Shown here piece by piece: positions 9,645-18,265 of a stretch of 64,000 nucleotides of DNA. The notes beneath the pieces were generated by a model. That model searched no databases, was not told the DNA's origin, and saw only the letters and a list, made by a program, of their open reading frames with translations. Location: positions 1-64,000 of the IMG/VR virus record IMGVR_UViG_3300046002_007491. One strand, 5' to 3'. This DNA is from a virus. The first letter of the stretch is position 1, and each line of letters begins with the position of its first letter. Position numbers and translations under genes: made by a program.

Positions 9645-9827
9645 ATGAACACAAAAACCCTCACTCGGTCAATTGTCAAAACGCTAAATAAATGGTTTAG
9701 AACACCTCAAAGAGTCTCTTCCACACAATTAGCCACAAAAACCGTAATCATTCAAGAAACGTACAAAAACAAGCAAATTTTGAACGTGTACGCAAATATT
9801 AACTCACGCTATTTAGCGAAAATCTAA
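9645..9827 (+). CDS. Hypothetical protein
   Basis: 60-aa ORF in operon. Confidence 0.65.
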   Translation: MNTKTLTRSIVKTLNKWFRTPQRVSSTQLATKTVIIQETYKNKQILNVYANINSRYLAKI

Positions 9828-9832
9828 AAGTT

Positions 9833-10279
9833 ATGGCAAAAATATCAATACCTCAAGCAAAAGAAACTCACGAAAAACTAAGAGAGATTTTAATTAAATA
9901 CGGTTGCGCTGAATACGGCGATTGTATTGTTGACGAAATAAGTTTTTTGTTAGGCTTCCCAACTACACTTTATTATTGCGAAGAAAAGAAACGGCACAAT
10001 TTGCCAAATCGAGTTTTTCAAAGCCCATTAATTGAAGTTGTAAACTTTACCGACGGATCTTTTATCAACCTCATTCGATTGATAAAACCGTACAAAAATG
10101 GCGATGCTTATGCAATTTACGAATCGACCACAAATCCCGAACTCAAAAGCGGAATGTTTAAAACGTATGCAGCAGCAAAAGAAAAATTTGAAAAGTATTT
10201 CAAGATAGAAATTCTTGAAAATGGATTGAGAAACAAAGGCGTAACTTGTAACTTTACAGAAAATAATTATGAAAAATAG
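9833..10279 (+). CDS. Hypothetical protein
   Basis: 148-aa ORF in operon. Confidence 0.75.
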   Translation: MAKISIPQAKETHEKLREILIKYGCAEYGDCIVDEISFLLGFPTTLYYCEEKKRHNLPNRVFQSPLIEVVNFTDGSFINLIRLIKPYKNGDAYAIYESTTNPELKSGMFKTYAAAKEKFEKYFKIEILENGLRNKGVTCNFTENNYEK

Positions 10280-10428
10280 TATAATTTTAATGCTCGTTGG
10301 AATCGCTTTTATTATTGGTGGATTGTTGGCTTGTGAGTATTGGTTGAAGTTTTGGCTTCTCCTGATTCCAATTGGCGGATTAGTCATATTTATTTCAGGA
10401 GCTATGAAATTCATCAAAAATCTAAGCA

Positions 10429-10701
10429 ATGAAAACGACTAAATCTCAACACAAATATTTTCAGTCTAAAGTCAATCGTGATTTTGTAGAGCGTTTTATC
10501 ATCGAAGAAAGTATTATCGGATTCAATCATATTAATTTTAGAGAAAGAATAAATGACGAATTATCGTATCTCGGACTTGAACTAAATGAACTAGCTTCAA
10601 AATGCTACATTAGTACTTCTAGAATGTCGTATGTAATGAATAAAAATACCGAGTTTTTGCCAAGCGAAATTAACTCGATTAAAAAAATATTAGGAATGTG
10701 A
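10429..10701 (+). CDS. Putative XRE-type HTH regulator
   Basis: LELNELASKCYISTSRMSYVMNKNTEFLPSEINSIKKILG resembles a Cro/C1 HTH. Confidence 0.6.
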   Translation: MKTTKSQHKYFQSKVNRDFVERFIIEESIIGFNHINFRERINDELSYLGLELNELASKCYISTSRMSYVMNKNTEFLPSEINSIKKILGM

Positions 10702-10889
10702 TGAAAAAAGCAATTGACAGACACAACCGGATAATTCAAATGAAATGGATTAGTTCAATTCGCAAATTGCCCAAGCACGTAAATTTGTCTTGCGCATACG
10801 ACGAGGATTTTAATTTGCCAATTGTAGAAATTTCACCCGATCAAAAAAGTAATCTTAAAAAATTAATATCTAATGAAGAAACTAACTGA
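10698..10889 (+). CDS. Hypothetical protein
   Basis: 63-aa ORF. Confidence 0.6.
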   Translation: MMKKAIDRHNRIIQMKWISSIRKLPKHVNLSCAYDEDFNLPIVEISPDQKSNLKKLISNEETN

Positions 10890-10955
10890 GAATCAACAAG
10901 AAGTAATAATCAGATTTATGATTATCGCCGCAATCGTATTTATATACTGCATCCT

Positions 10956-11258
10956 ATGAAAATAACTGTAACCAATAATATTTGTGATGTTGAAAACGAG
11001 CATGGATGCAAAAGATTTGAGAAGAATGTATTTACTGTTTTGAAAAGGAATGGTATATTTGGAGAGGTTGTTTGTCTTGACGCTGGTATAATTGACAAAT
11101 TTGATACATTTGCGACAATAGAAATCGACAAAAGAGTAATCCAACTTACCGAGAAAAACATCTTCATAGGAAAAATAGAAACCGCCAAAGAAAAACGAAA
11201 TCTGTTTTTTGAGGTTCTGAACAACCAAATTGAATATTTGAAAACTAAATTAAATTAA
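10956..11258 (+). CDS. Hypothetical protein
   Basis: 100-aa ORF. Confidence 0.7.
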   Translation: MKITVTNNICDVENEHGCKRFEKNVFTVLKRNGIFGEVVCLDAGIIDKFDTFATIEIDKRVIQLTEKNIFIGKIETAKEKRNLFFEVLNNQIEYLKTKLN

Positions 11259-11263
11259 GAATT

Positions 11264-11533
11264 ATGAAAAAGTTAAATGGCATATTAGGAATGGCATTAT
11301 CAATGGCGATGATGTCAGAAACAAATTTTGGTAGAGATAGCGAACCGATGAAGTTTGCGCCACCAAAACCTTTTAAAAAAGTAATTCCGAAAGGTTGTAA
11401 GGAGTATTGGTTTTTTAAATCTGACGGATTTGCCAATGAAAAACCAAACGCGTCTTATGAAGTAGTTTATGAATGTATTGCTAGTTCAGACAAAAAAGCA
11501 ATTGAAAAATTTAATAATTGGAAAAATAAGTAA
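11264..11533 (+). CDS. Hypothetical protein
   Basis: 89-aa ORF. Confidence 0.7.
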   Translation: MKKLNGILGMALSMAMMSETNFGRDSEPMKFAPPKPFKKVIPKGCKEYWFFKSDGFANEKPNASYEVVYECIASSDKKAIEKFNNWKNK

Positions 11534-11535
11534 AT

Positions 11536-11787
11536 ATGAACGCAAACAAACTCATTCCATCATCTGTAATAGAACAGACAAAAGTTTACCAAAAACTAGG
11601 TAAAATCGATCCGAACAAACCTTATTTAAACAATAAGATACACCAAACTCTTTTGGTTAGAAGATTGTCAATAGAATCTATAACACACGCTTTAAACGTG
11701 TACAAAAACACCAATGAAATTCCCTCTAATGTTAGAGGTTATCAACTTGAAGTGGTTAAAGAATTAATTAGCGAATCCAAATATTAA
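11536..11787 (+). CDS. Hypothetical protein
   Basis: 83-aa ORF. Confidence 0.7.
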   Translation: MNANKLIPSSVIEQTKVYQKLGKIDPNKPYLNNKIHQTLLVRRLSIESITHALNVYKNTNEIPSNVRGYQLEVVKELISESKY

Positions 11788-11792
11788 ATCCA

Positions 11793-12155
11793 ATGAAAAA
11801 GAAATCAATCCCCGCATTAAAAGATTTGATTGACCGATATGTAAAATGTATTGAGTTTCAAAATCCTCAAACACCTAAAATAACTCCCGCAGGTAAATTA
11901 TATCTTAAAAGTCAATGGCTCGGTCAAGAGGAAAAACTCTACAAATTAGTCAAGGATTTGGAAATTAAAGTAGTTCAAACAAAAAACCTAACTGAAAGAT
12001 TTGAAACAAGAAGTTGCACATTCCAAATTGGCGTAGATGTACTCGGTTTTCCAACGTACACGACGCATGAAAATTTATGGCAGTACAACTTAGATAGTAA
12101 AAAGAATATTACTGCAACAGCGCTTGTAGATGCAATTCAGTATAACCACAATTAG
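11793..12155 (+). CDS. Hypothetical protein
   Basis: 120-aa ORF. Confidence 0.75.
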   Translation: MKKKSIPALKDLIDRYVKCIEFQNPQTPKITPAGKLYLKSQWLGQEEKLYKLVKDLEIKVVQTKNLTERFETRSCTFQIGVDVLGFPTYTTHENLWQYNLDSKKNITATALVDAIQYNHN

Positions 12156-12190
12156 CAAATCGCTCAATAACAATTTAAAAAAACTAGAAA

Positions 12191-12739
12191 ATGAAAAACT
12201 CAAATTGGATATTCTTACTTTCAATGATTGCCCTTGTTGCCGAATCAATATTTTGGTTTGCCGGAAAAGATACTTTATTTCTTGGTAGTGTTTATGTGGC
12301 TTTAATTTGCACCTATTTTGTAATCAAAGAACTTGAAAAACTCAATGACACAAAGTCGAGGAAGAAATCTGACGAATTTGCTAAGAAAACGCAAGAAGAA
12401 ACTATTGAACAATGGTCTTGGGAATTAGCCAAACAAAAATTTGAAGAAAAATGTAACTATAAACCTAATTTATCTAATCAACAAGATTTATTAGTTGTTT
12501 CTTCTATTCAAGAAGGTATTTTAATTGGCTCTGATTGGCAACAAGAACAAGACTTACTTATGCACGAAAAGCAAAAAGATAAATTGGTTTTTGAAAGTTT
12601 GCACAAAACTTATGAAGCAAATAAATACAGTTTGGCAATTGCCTTTGGAGATTGGTTGAAGTACGAATCAGTATGCTTCCCCGAACACAAAGACAAATCA
12701 ATTGAAGAACTATTAGAAATTTATAAAAAATCGCTGTAA
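12191..12739 (+). CDS. Membrane protein (2 N-terminal TM helices) with the FGDW...ELLEIYK module
   Basis: 182-aa ORF. Confidence 0.75.
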   Translation: MKNSNWIFLLSMIALVAESIFWFAGKDTLFLGSVYVALICTYFVIKELEKLNDTKSRKKSDEFAKKTQEETIEQWSWELAKQKFEEKCNYKPNLSNQQDLLVVSSIQEGILIGSDWQQEQDLLMHEKQKDKLVFESLHKTYEANKYSLAIAFGDWLKYESVCFPEHKDKSIEELLEIYKKSL

Positions 12740-12740
12740 A

Positions 12741-12920
12741 ATGGAAAATCAAGAAATAGAAAATTGGATCGCCACATTGCAATTAAGGTGGTTTGAACAC
12801 GGATTGGGAAAAGACGTACATCCTTCTTATCAAGGAGTAAAAATCAGAAGATTACAACAAATGTGGCAAGGAAGTTTAGGAAATCAAAGGTGGATAGATA
12901 TTCCTACTGTAACTGAATAA
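12741..12920 (+). CDS. Hypothetical 59-aa protein (MENQEIENWIATLQLRW...RLQQMWQG)
   Basis: Hand translation; lies between the previous gene and the terminator. Confidence 0.65.
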   Translation: MENQEIENWIATLQLRWFEHGLGKDVHPSYQGVKIRRLQQMWQGSLGNQRWIDIPTVTE

Positions 12921-12928
12921 AGCAAATC

Positions 12929-12953
12929 AACCATTCGAAAGAGTGGTTTTTTT
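12929..12953 (+). terminator. Intrinsic terminator between convergent blocks
   Basis: AACCATTC-GAAA-GAGTGGTT followed by a T run. Confidence 0.75.
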
Positions 12954-12961
12954 GTTTTAGG

Positions 12962-13240
12962 TTATGCCAAAATGTTTTCGATCATAAATTCTATTTGCTC
13001 TCTAACATCATCATCGTGATTTCTTTCTCTTGCGGAATATTTTATAAAAACTCTATATTTTTTATAATAATGCTGGATTTCAAAAGTTCCTTGGTCTAAT
13101 ATCTCGACACTTTCGGAATGTAAATTTTTGTCTTTAAGTTCTTTTAAAAACCTTTCGCCGACTTTTTTTTCAAAATCAATGTTGGTTTCAAAAGCGTTCA
13201 ATTCAAAAGTTTCTTCGAATAAATATTCTTTATGTTTCAT
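12962..13240 (-). CDS. Hypothetical protein
   Basis: 92-aa ORF downstream of the integrases. Confidence 0.7.
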   Translation of the reverse strand: MKHKEYLFEETFELNAFETNIDFEKKVGERFLKELKDKNLHSESVEILDQGTFEIQHYYKKYRVFIKYSARERNHDDDVREQIEFMIENILA

Positions 13241-13243
13241 TTT

Positions 13244-13513
13244 TTAATTTTTAGCACAATGATCTAAAAACTGACTCAAAGTAAATCCTTCATAACGCTT
13301 TTCTAAGCGCATTTCAAGCTCAGATTTGCCAAGAGAATCTAAAGCCATTTTGCTTAATGAATTCATTGGCATTTTAAGAATCTCCTCTCTTTTCGATTGT
13401 AATTCAAAGTGTTCAGATACAATATCCTTGTTTCCGTCGCTTAAAGATATTGGCGGTTTTTTACAACTACCATCGCAAAAGCATTGTTTGTTCAAACATT
13501 TTTTATTTTCCAT
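13244..13513 (-). CDS. Hypothetical protein with an N-terminal Cys cluster
   Basis: CLNKQCFCDGSC. Confidence 0.7.
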   Translation of the reverse strand: MENKKCLNKQCFCDGSCKKPPISLSDGNKDIVSEHFELQSKREEILKMPMNSLSKMALDSLGKSELEMRLEKRYEGFTLSQFLDHCAKN

Positions 13514-13518
13514 AATTT

Positions 13519-14769
13519 TTAATTTTTAGCGTTCCAATATTCATTTAATTTTTGAGCGTGTTGTTTTTTAGAAATTTTCACGTAATGAAAGAGCATCTGC
13601 TCGTTCTTCCAACCCATTATCGACAATATGCTATCATTGGGAATTTTGCCGTATAAATTACTCGCCATACTTCTTCTAGCAATGTGAGTGGTGAATAACT
13701 CATAACGTTTGAAATATCCCGTTTCTTTTCTATTGGTTTTAGGATTCCATTTTTTACCGAAAACTAATTCATCAAATTTGCAAATTTGCCCAATTATTTT
13801 AATAGATTTCCCAAACTCATAAGTATTCATCTTTGGAGGTAGCTGACCAAAGTTATTTGAAATTATTTCTTTGATTATTGGGTGAACCGGAATAACAACT
13901 TTGATTTTCGTTTTTTGTGTTGTAATTGTAATGAACGAATCTTTGATGTTTTTTAAATCCAGATTCGTCAAGTAATCGCTACAACGAAGTCCGGTAAATA
14001 CGCCCAAAAGTAAATTCTCTTTGGCAATTTGTAATTTCGGATCAAAACTAAAATCAGTATTGTAAATTTTCAAAACTTCTTCTTCGTTCAAATAAACACC
14101 TTCAATCTCACTACTATCATCATCGACAAAAACTCGCTGCGTAAATGCTGAAGAAACTTTTATTCCTTCTTCGGACGCGCGGGTGCAAAAAAACTTCATC
14201 CTGGATAACGTTCTTTTAATTGTGCTTGGGTTGTAGCCTTCATCTTCAAGAAAATTAGCGAAATTGTAGAAATCGTCAATAGACAAATCCTTCAACACCA
14301 ATTTACCATCAAGCATTTTCTCATAATCCAAAAACAATTCTAAAAAGTCCTCGTATTGCTTTTTCAAATACTTTGGCATCGTTTGTTTGGCTGAAATCTT
14401 CCATTGGTCCGCTTTAGTGTTTAGCCAATTATTAGCAAAGTCAGAATAATAAACGAATACATCTGAATTTACTTGTGAGATTTCCTTTGTAGGACGATTG
14501 AAGCACTCAGAAATGATGTTTTTTACAAATTCCTTATCTATTATCGTTCCTTGGATAAAACTCTCGTTGTAGGCTCTTAAAACGTTTGACTTGAGTTCGG
14601 ATAACTTTTGGTTGATAATTGGTGAATTTGCCGATTGCAATTCTTGGTTCCAATCCCCAACTTCCAAACTAATTCCAATACCACAACTAACGTCGAACTT
14701 ATTTTTATAAAGCCGTAGCATTAGCTGATTGCTTTTTTTTCCGATTTGCAAATTGTAAACTATATTCAT
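13519..14769 (-). CDS. int: Phage integrase (Bacteroidota-type tyrosine recombinase: arm-binding, SAM-like and catalytic domains)
   Basis: 416 aa; FTGLRCSD, QKT, HIARRS, MGW, FHY catalytic motifs. Confidence 0.9.
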   Translation of the reverse strand: MNIVYNLQIGKKSNQLMLRLYKNKFDVSCGIGISLEVGDWNQELQSANSPIINQKLSELKSNVLRAYNESFIQGTIIDKEFVKNIISECFNRPTKEISQVNSDVFVYYSDFANNWLNTKADQWKISAKQTMPKYLKKQYEDFLELFLDYEKMLDGKLVLKDLSIDDFYNFANFLEDEGYNPSTIKRTLSRMKFFCTRASEEGIKVSSAFTQRVFVDDDSSEIEGVYLNEEEVLKIYNTDFSFDPKLQIAKENLLLGVFTGLRCSDYLTNLDLKNIKDSFITITTQKTKIKVVIPVHPIIKEIISNNFGQLPPKMNTYEFGKSIKIIGQICKFDELVFGKKWNPKTNRKETGYFKRYELFTTHIARRSMASNLYGKIPNDSILSIMGWKNEQMLFHYVKISKKQHAQKLNEYWNAKN

Positions 14770-14784
14770 AGTAATTTAATTTTA

Positions 14785-15588
14785 TTAAATTGGTAGCGCC
14801 ATTGATTGTAATACATTTGTGCTTACGTGTGTATAAATTTCAGTAGTTTTTACGTTTGCATGACCTAAGTGTTTTTGAATAATCCTTAAATCAGTTCCAG
14901 CTTCTAGTAAAGCCGTAGCGTTGCTGTGACGAAGTAGATGGAAATGATATTTTTTACCTAGATATTGCTTTACAATAGCGTTGCAACTCGTGGGAGAATA
15001 CTGCGCAAGAGTCTGTCCGTTGAATAAATATTCCTTTGGCTTGTACTCGGAATAATACTCCCTAAGTATTTTAATAATCTTTTCAGACAAAGCCACTATC
15101 CTATCTTTTCTGCCTTTAGATTGTCTAATTGTAATAATCATTCGTTTACTATCAACGTCAACTATTTTTAGGTTACATACTTCTGAAACCCTCATTCCTG
15201 TACTATATGCTAAAGCAATAATAGCTTTATGCTTTTTGTTTTCAATTTTTGAAATCTGGTCTAACAGAAACTGCTTTTCAATTATTTGAGGAAGTTTCTT
15301 TTCCGAACGTGGATATTCGATATAACGGAACTTCATAGGTTGTTTAATCGTAATTTTATAAAACAACTTTAAAGCAGAAATAGCGTGGCACATTGCGTTT
15401 CTTGTTTTGAATTGTAACAACCAATCTTTAATGGCTTTTTCATTAATCTTTGCGGGTTCTGTAAAATCTTTTTCTTGGCTTCTTAAAAACATTTCAACTT
15501 GACAAGAGTAATTTTTAATCGTATTATCAGAATAGTTTTTTAAAACTAAATCTTTCCTATACGTTTCGAGGTGCTTAGGAATTTGCAT
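14785..15588 (-). CDS. Integron-integrase-like tyrosine recombinase lacking the IntI-specific insertion; candidate cassette recombinase
   Basis: NYSDNTIKNY SAM-like N-terminus; STGMRVSE, KGRKDR, HLLRHS, LLEAGTDLRIIQKHLGH, TTEIYTHV; ATG lies 52 bp from the first cassette. Confidence 0.9.
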   Translation of the reverse strand: MQIPKHLETYRKDLVLKNYSDNTIKNYSCQVEMFLRSQEKDFTEPAKINEKAIKDWLLQFKTRNAMCHAISALKLFYKITIKQPMKFRYIEYPRSEKKLPQIIEKQFLLDQISKIENKKHKAIIALAYSTGMRVSEVCNLKIVDVDSKRMIITIRQSKGRKDRIVALSEKIIKILREYYSEYKPKEYLFNGQTLAQYSPTSCNAIVKQYLGKKYHFHLLRHSNATALLEAGTDLRIIQKHLGHANVKTTEIYTHVSTNVLQSMALPI

Positions 15589-15600
15589 GGCTTATATATT

Positions 15601-15646
15601 GATTTTATTGGTTATACATTTAATTTTGTACATATAGTAGTTGGCA
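15601..15646 (+). promoter_or_regulatory. attI-like recombination site, crossover G15640|TT
   Basis: GTTGGCAGTA pairs with TACTGCCAAC (16455), but no attC hairpin lies upstream; adjacent to the recombinase start. Confidence 0.8.
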
Positions 15647-15652
15647 GTAATT

Positions 15653-16117
15653 TTACCGAACATTGCGTGCCAATTGCAATTCGAGTTTTTTAATGTTAAT
15701 CATTTGAGAAACTACATTACAAATTGCGTTCGCTTGATTAATGTACGTTTTGTCTTTTTGTACTTTTTGAATAGTATCTAAAAGAATTATACTCAAATCA
15801 TTTTCTTGTATTGCTACAATATTTTTTTCGTTTTCTTCCATTTTATTAGGGTTGAGTTCGTCTTTTTTTACTTGTATTGATACATTTTTTAATTCCATTT
15901 GTCTTTTTTCTAAAACTCCTTCTTTTAGTTTTACTCTTACTGGAATTAAATTCTCAATAAATAAATCTATTTCGTTTTCAAAGAAATTATAAGTTTGCTT
16001 ATCTGTAAAAACAACATAAGTAACTCCTACTTTTTTCCATTTAGTTATAGTGATAATTTTATCCTTATAATTAAATTTCTTATCAATTAATAAATTTAGC
16101 TTTTGTTGCATCTTCAA
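15653..16117 (-). CDS. Hypothetical protein, cassette A1 cargo
   Basis: 154-aa ORF. Confidence 0.8.
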   Translation of the reverse strand: MKMQQKLNLLIDKKFNYKDKIITITKWKKVGVTYVVFTDKQTYNFFENEIDLFIENLIPVRVKLKEGVLEKRQMELKNVSIQVKKDELNPNKMEENEKNIVAIQENDLSIILLDTIQKVQKDKTYINQANAICNVVSQMINIKKLELQLARNVR

Positions 16118-16361
16118 GTTGTTGTTTTAGCTCTAAATTCAAGTCATAAAGTTTTATAATCTCGATTGATAATTTCTTTATTTGCTCGTCTTTGGTTTCT
16201 TTTTCTTCATTCATCGCTCCGTAATATCGGGTGCAAACAGATGTAGCAGTTCTTCCAGTTTTCAATGAAGCAATAAAAAACGCTTCTCTTAAATTATTAG
16301 GGTTTTTTAAAACCTCTTGTTTAATAATTTCTTCTTCTTCTGTTGTCCAATTTTTTGCCAT
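16083..16361 (-). CDS. Myb/SANT-like HTH protein with coiled coil, cassette A1 cargo
   Basis: KNWTTEEEEIIK...GRTATSVCTRY. Confidence 0.7.
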   Translation of the reverse strand: MAKNWTTEEEEIIKQEVLKNPNNLREAFFIASLKTGRTATSVCTRYYGAMNEEKETKDEQIKKLSIEIIKLYDLNLELKQQLEDATKAKFIN

Positions 16362-16454
16362 AATATTATTTTTAGTAAAGTTTTCCTAAAGTGGTCGAAT
16401 TTGACCACTTTAAATATTAAATAGTTAGTAAAATTTTCCTAACATAAAAAAAAC

Positions 16455-16590
16455 TACTGCCAACAGCCGTTTTGATATAGTGGGGTTTTTGTCATCAACT
16501 GAAACACCAGTTTGTACTTGTAATCGTTAGGCATAACCGAAAGACGGTTTTTGTTTTTCCCCACCATCTCAAAGCGGCAGGACGTTATAA
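16455..16590 (+). repeat. attC-like site A1
   Basis: TGCCAAC-A-GCCGTTTTGA...TCAAAGCGGC-AGGAC-GTTATAA. Confidence 0.88.
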
Positions 16591-16597
16591 GAAATAG

Positions 16598-16780
16598 CTA
16601 TAAAACTACTTCAAAGAACCATTTATCGTAATATCTATAATTACCAGTATTGTCTTTTACATAATAATCATCACAATCATCATAATCAGGATATTGTTCG
16701 TAAATTTCACCTACAGTTACATCTGTTACAACGTGTGTCGTTCTTGGAACTGCCATAATACATTTTAGTTTTTTCATCAT
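16598..16780 (-). CDS. Hypothetical protein, cassette A2 cargo
   Basis: 60-aa ORF filling the cassette. Confidence 0.75.
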   Translation of the reverse strand: MMKKLKCIMAVPRTTHVVTDVTVGEIYEQYPDYDDCDDYYVKDNTGNYRYYDKWFFEVVL

Positions 16781-16803
16781 ATTTAGTTTAAATTACCCGC
16801 TAC

Positions 16804-16884
16804 TTCTTATAACAGGTGTTTGTAAATACCAGCCGAAAATACTATGCGTGTAGGCTGGCATCTACAAGCACCGAACCGTTATGT
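16804..16884 (+). repeat. attC-like site A2 (short type)
   Basis: TTATAAC-A-GGTGTTTGTA...TACAAGCACC-GAACC-GTTATGT. Confidence 0.88.
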
Positions 16885-16901
16885 GATAGTTTAAAAGACG
16901 T

Positions 16902-17228
16902 TTATCGTTCATTCCAAACCAATTCTAAAGCTGAAATTCCACCACGTTTAGAAGTTTCATCAATATCTAATTTTTCAATAACTTCAATAGCTTTTTTTAC
17001 ATTGTCAAAATAATCCATTTCTAAATTTAAAGGCGTAACGATTAAGTTTAAAAATCCTTCTTGCTCTAAAACTCCACCTACGAAAAACTCTCCACTTGAA
17101 ACTATGTAACATTCAGGCTTTCCATTTCTCCAATATTCTGTTTTCAAACATAAATATCCATCAAATAAAAATAATCCAATAGGGCATTTACCTAGTTTTG
17201 CCGTTTTTTTTTGTTTCTTAATTAACAT
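16902..17228 (-). CDS. Hypothetical protein, cassette A3 cargo
   Basis: 108-aa ORF. Confidence 0.75.
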   Translation of the reverse strand: MLIKKQKKTAKLGKCPIGLFLFDGYLCLKTEYWRNGKPECYIVSSGEFFVGGVLEQEGFLNLIVTPLNLEMDYFDNVKKAIEVIEKLDIDETSKRGGISALELVWNER

Positions 17229-17518
17229 TTCTTTTCTATTTTTTCAGTTAATAATTTATATAATTCTGTTGGGGTTAATCCTTTAAATGAAACGCTTTTA
17301 CTCTTTCCATTTTTACCTCCGATACAATCTCTAAAATCCATTCTCGTTTGATTTCCTTCTTGAAATACAGATAGTTTCAGTTCATCAATAATATAAGTCA
17401 CTTTTTTAATACAATCTTCTTGGGTTACATCAATGAAGTTTAAATATTTAGTTTCTTCATCTTTTTTTGTAATAGTAAGTCTGATTAAATGAATTGGCTT
17501 CGGTTCGTATATCTTCAT
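17222..17518 (-). CDS. Hypothetical protein, cassette A3 cargo
   Basis: 98-aa ORF. Confidence 0.75.
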   Translation of the reverse strand: MKIYEPKPIHLIRLTITKKDEETKYLNFIDVTQEDCIKKVTYIIDELKLSVFQEGNQTRMDFRDCIGGKNGKSKSVSFKGLTPTELYKLLTEKIEKKC

Positions 17519-17586
17519 AATAAATCTGTTTTTGTTTAATAAAGTAGTTAGCTTTATTGTTACTTTTGAACTTTATCGTAAAAACC

Positions 17587-17723
17587 ATCACATAACAGCA
17601 ACTTGGCAATATGTCGGTTTTAGTCATTAATTTAAACATTGTCTTGTATCTTAAAGTTCAGTCATAAACTGAAAGTCTTGGCTTCCTTAATCCGCCACAT
17701 CGCCAAGTTGCAAAACGTTAGGG
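17587..17723 (+). repeat. attC-like site A3
   Basis: ACATAAC-A-GCAACTTGGC...GCCAAGTTGC-AAAAC-GTTAGGG. Confidence 0.9.
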
Positions 17724-17728
17724 AACAG

Positions 17729-17989
17729 TTATTCAACTATTGTACAATCTAGAAAATTCTCAAAATCGTTACCAAATAAATGATAAATGCTCTCAAACTC
17801 CTTACTTCCTTCGTCCCATATTGCAGGGCAACATTGATTTTCAGTATAAAGTCCATTATCATATTCAAAATCTCCTTCAACCAATGTTATTATTTTTCCT
17901 TCAGTTGCGTAATGTTCTTTTGCATATTGTTTTCCAAATCGGATTTTTACGCCAACTATTAATTTTTCTTCAAATTGTTCTTTTGTCAT
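17729..17989 (-). CDS. Hypothetical protein, cassette A4 cargo (likely start ATG 17989)
   Basis: MTKEQFEEKL...; the ORF-track extension runs into the attC. Confidence 0.75.
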   Translation of the reverse strand: MTKEQFEEKLIVGVKIRFGKQYAKEHYATEGKIITLVEGDFEYDNGLYTENQCCPAIWDEGSKEFESIYHLFGNDFENFLDCTIVE

Positions 17990-18010
17990 TGTGTTAATTT
18001 TAGTAACCGA

Positions 18011-18144
18011 TTCCCTAACAATGCATAACACTAATTACGGTTTCGGTCTTTAATTTATAGTTTAGTTTGTATCAGTGATACGGTTTTTAATCTGAATGTT
18101 TCGGCTTACTTTATCCGTAACTAGAGTTATGCTCAACGATGTGT
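18011..18144 (+). repeat. attC-like site A4 (right core reads GAT)
   Basis: CCCTAAC-AAT-GCATAAC...GTTATGC-TCAAC-GATGTGT. Confidence 0.8.
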
Positions 18145-18158
18145 GCAACGCGCACGTC

Positions 18159-18237
18159 GCACACATCAACCGCGCGCTACACACATCTACGCGCTAAGCG
18201 CAACGTAGACGCAACGCCTAGCGCGCGGTTGTTATGG
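18159..18237 (+). repeat. Atypical GC-rich attC-like hairpin A5 of an ORF-less 93-bp cassette
   Basis: GCACACATC-AACCGCGCGCTA...TAGCGCGCGGTT-GTTATGG; 12-bp perfect stem. Confidence 0.65.
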
Positions 18238-18265
18238 TTAATGCTACAATTCGTTTTTAAATTCA

